Positions 44,641-52,823 of a DNA stretch of 64,000 nucleotides are shown in pieces. Each line of letters opens with the position of its first letter. The first letter of the stretch is position 1. The translations under genes were made by a program, and so were the position numbers. Where the stretch lies: assembly GCA_964344315.1 (NCBI GenBank), contig CAYFMU010000006.1, forward strand, positions 7,025 to 71,024. Reading direction: 5' to 3'. The notes below the pieces were generated by a model. The model saw nothing but the letters and a program-made list of their open reading frames with translations, was not told where the DNA came from and did no database searches. This DNA comes from an uncultured bacterium (GTDB taxonomy: Bacteria > Fidelibacterota > Marinisomatia > SCGC-AAA003-L08 > D37C17).

Positions 44641-44740
44641 AATCGTCATCTAAATACCTACATTATAATCAGTCTTCATCCTATACCCTATTTTTCAAAT
44701 TTCCCCTAATATATCTATAGGTAAAAAAGGATTTATTGCA

Positions 44741-45106
44741 ATGAATATTGCAGTTGTAGATAACTCGAAAATTGTACGTGATCGAATAGCACAACTTCTA
44801 TACAATGTGCCAGAAGCCCATGTAGAAAAATTTGATTTGACTGAATATAAGTTTGGAAATGCTGGTTCTATAAGTGAACCAAATGTGTTAATTATTAGTT
44901 CAGACGATGCTTCTAATGATTGCTTAATGCGGTTCAAAAAATTAAAAGTAGAAAATCCCCACATTACTGGGATTGTACTTACAAACAAACCATACGAAGA
45001 ATATGAAGAATGTTGGAAAAATGTAGGAGTTGAATATTTTTTTGATAAATCAACAGAATTTGAAAAAGTGTTAGATGTATGCAAAGCATGCATCCAACCA
45101 GCATAA
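44741..45106 (+). CDS. Stand-alone receiver (CheY-like) domain protein, divergent
   Basis: 121 aa. IAVVDNS, LIISSDD, GIVLTNK and YFFDKS occupy the usual acidic-pocket, Asp, Thr and Lys positions of REC domains. Confidence 0.55.
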   Translation: MNIAVVDNSKIVRDRIAQLLYNVPEAHVEKFDLTEYKFGNAGSISEPNVLIISSDDASNDCLMRFKKLKVENPHITGIVLTNKPYEEYEECWKNVGVEYFFDKSTEFEKVLDVCKACIQPA

Positions 45107-45153
45107 ATTATCACGAACCTCCTTGGTAAAACTCCTCCTCCATCCAAGGTGAA

Positions 45154-45183
45154 AGAACCCAAGATTTAGATCTTGGGTTCTTT
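45154..45183 (+). terminator. Terminator-like 12-bp palindromic hairpin after the two-component genes
   Basis: AGAACCCAAGAT / ATCTTGGGTTCT with a TTAG loop, then TTTAATTT. Being palindromic, it could act on either strand. Confidence 0.6.
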
Positions 45184-45310
45184 AATTTGTAGGGGAATTA
45201 CCTACATTCAATTCAGTATTTAGCTTATTTTTCAGCATTTTAAATCCTCCTTAAATTATAGCGGAAATTGAAAGACTTATTTCCTTCCTCCTTCAAGGTA
45301 AATAGCGAGA

Positions 45311-45347
45311 AACAGACTAGGTGTCCGTCAACCCTAGTCTGTTTTTT
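45311..45347 (+). terminator. Orphan Rho-independent terminator with no upstream ORF
   Basis: 11-bp stem AACAGACTAGG / CCTAGTCTGTT with an 11-nt loop, followed by TTTTATTT. No ATG-initiated ORF lies between 45184 and 45310 on the + strand. Confidence 0.55.
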
Positions 45348-45442
45348 ATTTCTGAATCAAAACTATTTTCTTGATTTTTCTCTGAAAGACTCAGAAATTG
45401 TATACCAATCTTAGTACATGAAAAGAACCATTTAGGAAATTT

Positions 45443-45778
45443 ATGAAGCATATATCGCTACTGATTATAATATTATTCTCATTTGGATGTAAAAATAATG
45501 CCGAGCTTACAATGGAGCGAGGGATTCAATACTACGAATGGAATATGCTGGATAAGGCTATTTTAGAGTTTAAACAGGTCATCCATATGTATCCTGAAGA
45601 TTCTCGGAAATTAGACTACAACCAAGTTCAAATTTTGTCACAAGCTCATCATAACTTAGCCGTTGCTTATGCTAAAAAAGAATGGAATGAAGATGCTCAG
45701 AAAGAAGCTCAACGGGCGTTTGAATTAGTACCATCTTCAGAAAATAGACAAGTATTAGACTTATTAAAAAGTAAATAA
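45443..45778 (+). CDS. Small TPR-like lipoprotein
   Basis: Lipobox LFSFGC and a 111-aa helical repeat sequence (A...F..VI...P.. / AHHNLAVAYAKK). Confidence 0.55.
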   Translation: MKHISLLIIILFSFGCKNNAELTMERGIQYYEWNMLDKAILEFKQVIHMYPEDSRKLDYNQVQILSQAHHNLAVAYAKKEWNEDAQKEAQRAFELVPSSENRQVLDLLKSK

Positions 45779-45785
45779 CTATAAA

Positions 45786-45811
45786 AAAGCCCCTTAAAAG
45801 GGGCTTTTTTT
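45786..45811. terminator. Bidirectional terminator between convergent genes
   Basis: Stem AAAGCCCCT / AGGGGCTTT with a 4-nt loop, flanked by an A-run and a T-run. Confidence 0.8.
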
Positions 45812-46580
45812 AACCTGTAATATCTTCTCCTCCGTCAACACGTATCGTATTTCCTGTCATCCAGGACTCTTCTGAACATCCAATTAAACCAACTGCGTGT
45901 GCAATGTCTTCAGGTATTGTTAATCTACCTCCTGGATTAATCTTTATGCTGTTTTCAATCATTTCTTCATTTCCAGGGATTTTACGTAAGGCAGGAGTGT
46001 CTGTAACCCCAGCCTGTATTGCATTTGATGCAATACCAAAAGGTGCTAATTCTACAGATAGCTGACGACATGCAGATTCTAATGCAGCCTTTGCCATTGA
46101 TACTGCACCATAAGATTTCCACTGACGATGACCACCTGAGCTTGTCATGCCAAAAATTTGACTACCCTTTTTTAGTAATCCAACATTAAATAAATTTTGT
46201 GACCAATAAATGATACTATTTGCCATCACATCTAATGTCATTTCAATATTTTTTTGATTTAAGGTATTTTTTATATCGTCATCAAAAACGGGTTTCAACG
46301 CACCAAAAGCTAAAGAATGAACGAAAACTTTTACACGTATATCACCCAATTCTTTTAATTCTTCAATGGCTTCCATTCGTTTTTCTTCATTGGTGGCACT
46401 CATTTTTTTAAATTTTACACTAACACCATAAGATTCTAATTCTTTAGTGAGTTGTTCAATATGGTCTTTAGGTTTACGTAAATATACACCAAAAATATTT
46501 ACCCCCTTTTTTGCCAATTCTTTTGCACATGCGGCTCCGATTCCGCTAGATGCCCCTAAAATTACAGCCCAATCAGACAT
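45810..46580 (-). CDS. SDR-family enoyl-ACP reductase-like protein (FabL-like)
   Basis: GASSGIGAA cofactor loop and Y-x6-K spacing (YGAVSMAK), as in enoyl reductases. The C-terminal half resembles B. subtilis FabL by eye (NAIQAGVTDTPAL...GNTIRVDGG). Confidence 0.6.
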   Translation of the reverse strand: MSDWAVILGASSGIGAACAKELAKKGVNIFGVYLRKPKDHIEQLTKELESYGVSVKFKKMSATNEEKRMEAIEELKELGDIRVKVFVHSLAFGALKPVFDDDIKNTLNQKNIEMTLDVMANSIIYWSQNLFNVGLLKKGSQIFGMTSSGGHRQWKSYGAVSMAKAALESACRQLSVELAPFGIASNAIQAGVTDTPALRKIPGNEEMIENSIKINPGGRLTIPEDIAHAVGLIGCSEESWMTGNTIRVDGGEDITG

Positions 46581-46699
46581 TTTTATCCTTTCGATGATTT
46601 GTCATACCATGAAATTTATTATGATTGTAAACGCTACACATATATAAAAAATTCGCTTTATCATTACTTTCCCATGTTGAAATCTATTTAATTTTAACT

Positions 46700-47800
46700 A
46701 TGTCATTACAAGTAGGAATTGTAGGTTTGCCTAATGTGGGGAAATCTACCATATTTAACGCATTAACAGAATCAGGAATTCCAGCGGAAAATTATCCATT
46801 TTGTACAATAGATCCAAATGTTGGCATTGTGGAGGTTCCAGATCCTCGATTATATAAAATTTCCACCATTTTTGATACTCAAAAAACAATACCTGCCACC
46901 ATTGAATTTGTAGATATTGCTGGTCTTGTAAGGGGTGCTAGCAAAGGTGAGGGCTTAGGAAATCAGTTTTTATCTCATATCAGAAACGTAGATGCAATAA
47001 TCCAAGTTGTTCGGTGTTTTAATGATGATAATATTACTCATGTTGAAGGCTCTATTAACCCACTTAGAGATATTGAAGTAATTGAAACTGAACTTCTCAT
47101 ACGAGATATGGACTCAGTAGAAAAACGTATCTCAAAAACGCAAAAAAAGGCAAAATCAGGTGATAAAGAAGCAAAAAGTGAGTTAGTAGTTTTAGAAAAA
47201 ATCATGCCATTTATGGACAATGGAACGCTCATTAGAAATATAAATTTAGAAAAAGAAGAAAAAGAAATCTTAAAACCCTTGGCATTGCTTACATCTAAAC
47301 CCGTACTATATGTAACCAATGTAGATGAAGCTGAAATTTCATCGGATAAACGGGGAGAATTAGCCCAAAAAGTATTTGATATGGCGGAAGCTCAAGGAAA
47401 TAAAGCTATTCGATTATGTGGGTATATTGAGATGGAAATTTCAACAATGGATGTTGAAGATCGTCAGCTTTTCTTGGAAGAATATAACTTATCTGAGCCA
47501 GGGCTACACAAACTAATACGTTCGGCCTATGAATTATTAGGATTAGAAACGTTTTTTACAGCAGGCGAAAAAGAAGTCCGTGCATGGACAATAAAAAATG
47601 GATATTCTGCACCAGAAGCTGCAGGAGTTATACATACTGATTTTCAACGAGGGTTTATTAAAGCTGAAACCTACCATTATAATGAACTCATGGAATTTGG
47701 CACTGAACAAAAGTTAAAGGAAATGGGAAAAATCCGACAAGAAGGAAAATCCTACCTTGTTAAAGATGGAGATATAATTTTCTTTAAATTTAATGTTTAG
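46700..47800 (+). CDS. ychF: Ribosome-binding ATPase YchF
   Basis: GIVGLPNVGKSTIFNALT, DIAGLVRGASKGEGLGNQFL and a C-terminal TGS-like domain, 366 aa. Confidence 0.95.
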   Translation: MSLQVGIVGLPNVGKSTIFNALTESGIPAENYPFCTIDPNVGIVEVPDPRLYKISTIFDTQKTIPATIEFVDIAGLVRGASKGEGLGNQFLSHIRNVDAIIQVVRCFNDDNITHVEGSINPLRDIEVIETELLIRDMDSVEKRISKTQKKAKSGDKEAKSELVVLEKIMPFMDNGTLIRNINLEKEEKEILKPLALLTSKPVLYVTNVDEAEISSDKRGELAQKVFDMAEAQGNKAIRLCGYIEMEISTMDVEDRQLFLEEYNLSEPGLHKLIRSAYELLGLETFFTAGEKEVRAWTIKNGYSAPEAAGVIHTDFQRGFIKAETYHYNELMEFGTEQKLKEMGKIRQEGKSYLVKDGDIIFFKFNV

Positions 47801-48618
47801 TTTGGTCGTTGATTATATTTTTGGCTCGCTTTATAAAGGATTTTCTGCTCATCTTCAGTGAGAGAATCCCAGCCATTATCATTCATTTTTTCTAATATTT
47901 TATCAACTTCTCGGCGAAACTCTGCATCTTGAGTATCTTGCTTAAATGTCTTCTTTTGATGAGATTTTAATTGTTGTTTTGTGAACCAATATTTTAATTT
48001 AGAAAAGCTTAAACGATATTGTAGAAAAATAAACCCAACCACCATTCCAGATAAATGAGTAATATGGCTAACCGTTGAGTTAGCAGAAGTCATTGAAGCA
48101 AAAAAGGCCATTACTCCCAATCCAATAATCATAAATTTTACCTTAATGGGAAATAACCCATATAAATATACAAGTCGATTTGGATAAAGTAAACCATATG
48201 CCAATAGTAAACCATAAATTGCTCCACTTGCACCAATTACAGGGATAAATGATCCCCAGCTTAAAAGGGATGTTATGATACCAGCCCCAATGCCGCAGGT
48301 AAAATAATATTTTAGAAAGTTTTTATATCCCCATGTTTGTTCTAAGTCTTTACCAAACATCCACAAAACAAACATATTAAATAAAAGATGAATAATCCCA
48401 CCATGAAGAAAGAGATAGCTCACGGGCTGCCAAAGCATAAATTGGTTCCATAACTTTGCTGGAACTAATCCAAAATTGGTAAAAAAAAGTTCGTATTGAA
48501 CTCCAGAGAGTTCCACCAATACAAACACAATGATATTAGTAAATAGTAGAAACTTTACACCTTTGGGGGTGAGATAGGCAGGCCCTCTAAATCCTGGACT
48601 GGTATATTGGTATCGCAT
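47797..48618 (-). CDS. Rhomboid-family intramembrane serine protease
   Basis: HGGIIHLLFNM and GASGAIYGLL catalytic blocks, six TM helices, and a charged C-terminal tail. Confidence 0.85.
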   Translation of the reverse strand: MRYQYTSPGFRGPAYLTPKGVKFLLFTNIIVFVLVELSGVQYELFFTNFGLVPAKLWNQFMLWQPVSYLFLHGGIIHLLFNMFVLWMFGKDLEQTWGYKNFLKYYFTCGIGAGIITSLLSWGSFIPVIGASGAIYGLLLAYGLLYPNRLVYLYGLFPIKVKFMIIGLGVMAFFASMTSANSTVSHITHLSGMVVGFIFLQYRLSFSKLKYWFTKQQLKSHQKKTFKQDTQDAEFRREVDKILEKMNDNGWDSLTEDEQKILYKASQKYNQRPN

Positions 48619-49379
48619 TATATATCAGAATGCTGTTCTAAAAAATCTAATACACCATTAAAAATGATTTCTTGTTCGGGGCCTTCAACAAACAGGTTGT
48701 GAATTGATTTTTCAACAATTAATGATTTCTTATCTATTGAAGAAATGGAGTCATTTACAATGTGGTAATTATCCATCACCGAAGTTAAGTCAGCCTTTGT
48801 ATGTACAAGGAATGTTGGGCATTTAACTTTGTGTAAATTAGGTCGAACTAAGTTGGTCAGTTTTCTCATTTGATTCAATGCTTTCATGGGATATTCTGTA
48901 TATCCAAAATATCTAAATTTTTCTCCACCCTTATACTGTGATAATTTAGTTTTTTTCGTTATGAACCAGTTCAATAAGGGCACTAAAACACGAACATTAA
49001 ATTCATTTCTAAACTGAAAGACTACTGCTGCCTCAACCAGACTTTTTAAAGGAAAAACCGTAGCTAAGTGTAAACCCAATACTGCACCCATACTGATACC
49101 TATTACATGCACTTCTTCACAGTGAGATGCTGCTTCTGCAACCCCTTCTTCTACATGAGAAATCCATTGTTCATATTTGGTATCATTACAATCATCAATT
49201 GTGGTACCATGCCCAGGGAGATTATCTAGTTTTACATAAAAATTATTATCGCTCAAAAATTTTGCTAAATCCACCAACTCATATATTGAACTAGTGAATC
49301 CATGGATTAAATAAATGCCTCGTTTGCACCCTTTATTAAACTCATAATTGTTTGGATCAAAATATTCAGTATTACCCAT
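48618..49379 (-). CDS. Alpha/beta hydrolase (carboxylesterase/lipase-like)
   Basis: 253 aa with a GISMGA nucleophile elbow and HGFTSS near the N-terminus. Confidence 0.72.
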   Translation of the reverse strand: MGNTEYFDPNNYEFNKGCKRGIYLIHGFTSSIYELVDLAKFLSDNNFYVKLDNLPGHGTTIDDCNDTKYEQWISHVEEGVAEAASHCEEVHVIGISMGAVLGLHLATVFPLKSLVEAAVVFQFRNEFNVRVLVPLLNWFITKKTKLSQYKGGEKFRYFGYTEYPMKALNQMRKLTNLVRPNLHKVKCPTFLVHTKADLTSVMDNYHIVNDSISSIDKKSLIVEKSIHNLFVEGPEQEIIFNGVLDFLEQHSDI

Positions 49380-50124
49380 GATTTAACTCATTTAATAATT
49401 TTAATGATTTTACATATTTCATATCTTCTAAGTGGAAACGTAAATATTGTTGTAAAAAGATTCTAATTTCATCCAAACTCATTGGTTGATAAATTATTTT
49501 ATTTAGATTTTCAATATTTGTATTCACAAGCAATTGTAGCAATTCTACTGATTTAGAAGAAATATGAATTCCAGGGCTTGAACTACATGAATTACAAACC
49601 AGTTCACCTAAATGTTCATCAAAGGTTGCATCTTTCAATTTTACATCACATATATTACAATTTTTTAGTGATGGCATAAATCCAATATAAATTGAAAACT
49701 GAATAAGAAAAAAATGAAACAATAGGGAATTATCTACATTTTGTTTTCCTAAAAATTCTAATACTCTAGAAGAGAGTTTAAAAATTATAGGTTCTTCATG
49801 TGTATCTTGAAGTACTTTATCAAGGATATCAACCATTACAATACCATAATTTAATGCATTAAAATTTTGGCGAATTATTTCTGAATTTGAGTGAAAACTA
49901 GAGTTTTTTAATGTTTGGATATTGCGATTATCTTTGAAAAAAAAATCTATATGTAATGAGTTCATTGGCTCAAATTGTGCAAAAAATGGACTTTTAGGTT
50001 TTCTTGCACCCTTTGCCATAAGTGCTATTTTCCCATGAGATTTAGAAAAAACGGTGGCAATTACACTTGTTTCACTATAATTAACGGTTCTTAATACAAT
50101 GGCCTCCGTTGAGACAGATTTCAT
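49372..50124 (-). CDS. recO: DNA repair protein RecO
   Basis: N-terminal OB-fold block EAIVLRTVNYSETSVI...MAKGARKPKS and a Zn motif CNIC...CNSC. Confidence 0.8.
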   Translation of the reverse strand: MKSVSTEAIVLRTVNYSETSVIATVFSKSHGKIALMAKGARKPKSPFFAQFEPMNSLHIDFFFKDNRNIQTLKNSSFHSNSEIIRQNFNALNYGIVMVDILDKVLQDTHEEPIIFKLSSRVLEFLGKQNVDNSLLFHFFLIQFSIYIGFMPSLKNCNICDVKLKDATFDEHLGELVCNSCSSSPGIHISSKSVELLQLLVNTNIENLNKIIYQPMSLDEIRIFLQQYLRFHLEDMKYVKSLKLLNELNHG

Positions 50125-51596
50125 TAATAGGCTTTCGCAAAAACCACTTGATGTTTAGCAGGTTTTCCTGAATAAATACAGTTTAAATTTTCTGGATTTT
50201 CATCAAATGGAATGCAACGGATTGTGGCCTTTGTCTTATCTTTTATCACATCTTCAGTTTCTCGAGTACCATCCCAACCACATTTTACGAATCCACCGGA
50301 ATTTATTTTAGCTTCGAACTCATCCCACGTATCTACAGCGAAAGTATTCTCTTCCCTAAAATTAAGGGCCTGCTGAAATAATGAATCTTGTATTTCAGTA
50401 AGTAAATGTTGAATTTTATCACTTGCATCTATTTTGGGGATACTGAATTTTTCTCCTGAGTCGCGACGAGCCACAAAGACATTTCCACTTTCCATGTCAC
50501 GAGAACCAACTTCTAAACGAACGGGAACGCCTTTCATTTCCCATTCATTAAACTTAAATCCTGGGGACATTTTTGCTCTATCATCAACATGTACACGTAT
50601 GCCATCTTCTTTTAGTTGGGAAATAATAGGATCTAAATATTCATTCAGTGCAGATGCATCCTCATTTTTACGTGTAATAGGAATTACCACCACTTGAATT
50701 GGAGCTACTTTGGGAGGAACGCGTAATCCTTTATCGTCCCCGTGTACCATAATTAAAGCACCTACAAGACGTGTACTTACGCCCCAACTAGTGGCATATA
50801 CATACTCTTCTTTATTATCTTCAGTTTGGAATTTAACATCAAATGCTTTTGCAAAATTTTGACCCAAATAATGAGAAGTTCCTGCTTGCAATGCTTTTTT
50901 ATCACCCATCATCGCCTCAATACAAAGGGTATCAACTGCACCTGCAAACTTTTCTGATTCTGATTTTTTCCCTGTTAATACTGGTACAGCTAAAACATTT
51001 TCTAAAACTTCTTGATATACACCCAACATTTTTTCAGTTTCTTCACGAGCTTCTGCTTCGGATGCATGAGCCGTATGACCTTCTTGCCAGAGAAATTCTG
51101 ACGTCCGAAGAAAAAGTCGTGTTCGCATTTCCCACCGAACTACATTTGCCCATTGATTAATTAAAATAGGGAGGTCTCTATAGGAGTTAATCCACTTTTT
51201 ATACATGGACCAAATAACAGTTTCTGAAGTGGGACGAACGATAATTTCTTCTTCTAATTTTGAAGTAGGATCAACTTCAACGGCAGTACCATCTTCAGTT
51301 GCCTTTAGCCGAGAGTGGGTAACCACAGCACATTCTTTAGCAAATCCCTCTACATGTTCTGCTTCACGTGATAAAAAAGATTTTGGAATAAATAATGGGA
51401 AGTAAGCATTCACATGACCTGTTTCTTTGAAACGTTTATCAAAGGCCTCTTTTATACCCTCCCAAATGCCAAAGCCATGGGGTCGTACAACCATAGTGCC
51501 TTTTACAGGCCCATAGTCTGCAAGTTGAGCTTTAGTGATTACATCTGTATACCACTTAGAGTAATCTTGACTTTTAGGTGTTACCCCTTTTGACAT
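50124..51596 (-). CDS. proS: Prolyl-tRNA synthetase, archaeal/eukaryote-like type
   Basis: 490 aa with N-terminal W..DVI.KA.L.DY.PVKG and class II motifs. It lacks the bacterial INS domain and ends in ...FAKAY. Confidence 0.93.
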   Translation of the reverse strand: MSKGVTPKSQDYSKWYTDVITKAQLADYGPVKGTMVVRPHGFGIWEGIKEAFDKRFKETGHVNAYFPLFIPKSFLSREAEHVEGFAKECAVVTHSRLKATEDGTAVEVDPTSKLEEEIIVRPTSETVIWSMYKKWINSYRDLPILINQWANVVRWEMRTRLFLRTSEFLWQEGHTAHASEAEAREETEKMLGVYQEVLENVLAVPVLTGKKSESEKFAGAVDTLCIEAMMGDKKALQAGTSHYLGQNFAKAFDVKFQTEDNKEEYVYATSWGVSTRLVGALIMVHGDDKGLRVPPKVAPIQVVVIPITRKNEDASALNEYLDPIISQLKEDGIRVHVDDRAKMSPGFKFNEWEMKGVPVRLEVGSRDMESGNVFVARRDSGEKFSIPKIDASDKIQHLLTEIQDSLFQQALNFREENTFAVDTWDEFEAKINSGGFVKCGWDGTRETEDVIKDKTKATIRCIPFDENPENLNCIYSGKPAKHQVVFAKAY

Positions 51597-51651
51597 AGTA
51601 AATCCTATTTTTTATGGAAAAATGAGTAGAAAATTTACGTTTTTTCGTCTT

Positions 51652-52689
51652 CTATTCTGAGACAATTGTTTCTAACCTGTCAATTACAAAATTCACATCG
51701 GTCTCTGATATTCCCCTATGGGTAACCAATCTAAATCTATTGGGCTGTACTTCAAAAAATTGAATATTACTTTCGGCCATTTTTTTAACAAGTTTTTGCC
51801 CAGTTAAAACTTTAGGGTTTACTCCAAAATATATAATATTTGATTTTACTTTTTCAGCATCAACAAACAAACCATCAATCTTGTCTATACCATCTGCTAA
51901 TATCTTGGCATGGTTATGGTCAGTATTTAATTGTAAAACCATTTCATTTATAGACACAAGACCAGCAGCGGCAACAATTCCTCCCTGTCGCATTCCCCCT
52001 CCTAATGCTTTTCTAATTCTTCGGGCTTCAAATATAAATTTTTCAGAACCACATAAAACTGAACCTACAGGAGATGCTAACCCTTTAGAGAGGCAAAAGG
52101 TAATAGAATCTACATCTTTTACCAGTTGATGTACATCCATATTTAAGGCTACAGAGGCATTAAAAATTCGTGCACCATCAACATGAAGTTTTACATTATT
52201 TTCTTTGGCAATGGCAGACACTTCACTGAAATACTCTGGAGGTATGGGAGAACCATTACACATATTGTGGGTATTCTCTAATGAAATGAGAGAGGTTCGT
52301 GGAAAGTGTACATTTTCTTTTCGGAATGCGTTTTTAATGAGGTTTATATCTATAGTGCCGTCTTCGTTGTTGGAGAGTTGATGCGAATGAATCCCCCCGA
52401 ATGCTGAAATTCCACCAGCCTCATAAATAAATGTATGGGATTTATCTCCTAATATTGCCTCGGTACCGCGGGGGCAATGGACCAAAAATGAAATGAGGTT
52501 GCCCATTGTTCCACTGGGAACAAACAATGCCGCTTCTTTTTGTAATAGTGCTGCCGATTGTTTTTCCAATTTTATTATTGTTGGATCTTCTTGAAGGACA
52601 TCATCACCAACAGTTGCAGTATGCATGGCGTTTCGCATGGATTGAGTTGGTTGTGTTACCGTATCGCTTCGTAAATCTATAGCTTTCAT
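51652..52689 (-). CDS. ltaE: Low-specificity L-threonine aldolase
   Basis: N-terminal DLRSDTVTQPT..MR.AM....VGDDV and SGTMGNL, 345 aa. Confidence 0.85.
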   Translation of the reverse strand: MKAIDLRSDTVTQPTQSMRNAMHTATVGDDVLQEDPTIIKLEKQSAALLQKEAALFVPSGTMGNLISFLVHCPRGTEAILGDKSHTFIYEAGGISAFGGIHSHQLSNNEDGTIDINLIKNAFRKENVHFPRTSLISLENTHNMCNGSPIPPEYFSEVSAIAKENNVKLHVDGARIFNASVALNMDVHQLVKDVDSITFCLSKGLASPVGSVLCGSEKFIFEARRIRKALGGGMRQGGIVAAAGLVSINEMVLQLNTDHNHAKILADGIDKIDGLFVDAEKVKSNIIYFGVNPKVLTGQKLVKKMAESNIQFFEVQPNRFRLVTHRGISETDVNFVIDRLETIVSE

Positions 52690-52738
52690 AATTTTCTCGT
52701 TTTGGATTATGGAAAATTTAATGATTCATATAGAAAAC

Positions 52739-52767
52739 AAAAAACCTCTTCGTTGAAGAGGTTTTTT
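52739..52767 (-). terminator. Rho-independent terminator after the M43 protease gene
   Basis: Stem AAAACCTCTTC / GAAGAGGTTTT with a short loop, flanked by A and T runs. Confidence 0.75.
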
Positions 52768-52823
52768 GCTCTTTAAACTTAAATGTTTAAAGATGGTGTA
52801 GGAGGAAGAATGCAATATAACAA

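Noticed and set aside
44695-45162. 155-aa minus-strand ORF covering the same DNA as the REC-only gene
   Set aside because: The + strand frame shows the receiver-domain residue pattern (acidic pocket, Asp, Thr, Lys positions) and a clean ATG start. The minus-strand product has no recognisable features. I treat it as a shadow ORF, although the strand choice is not proven.
51360-51375. parS-like sequence TGCTTCACGTGATAAA inside proS
   Set aside because: It matches the consensus TGTTTCACGTGAAACA, as I recall it, at only 13 of 16 positions. The flanks are not palindromic, and it lies far from parAB. This is not enough to call a centromere site. I found no better parS candidate near parAB.
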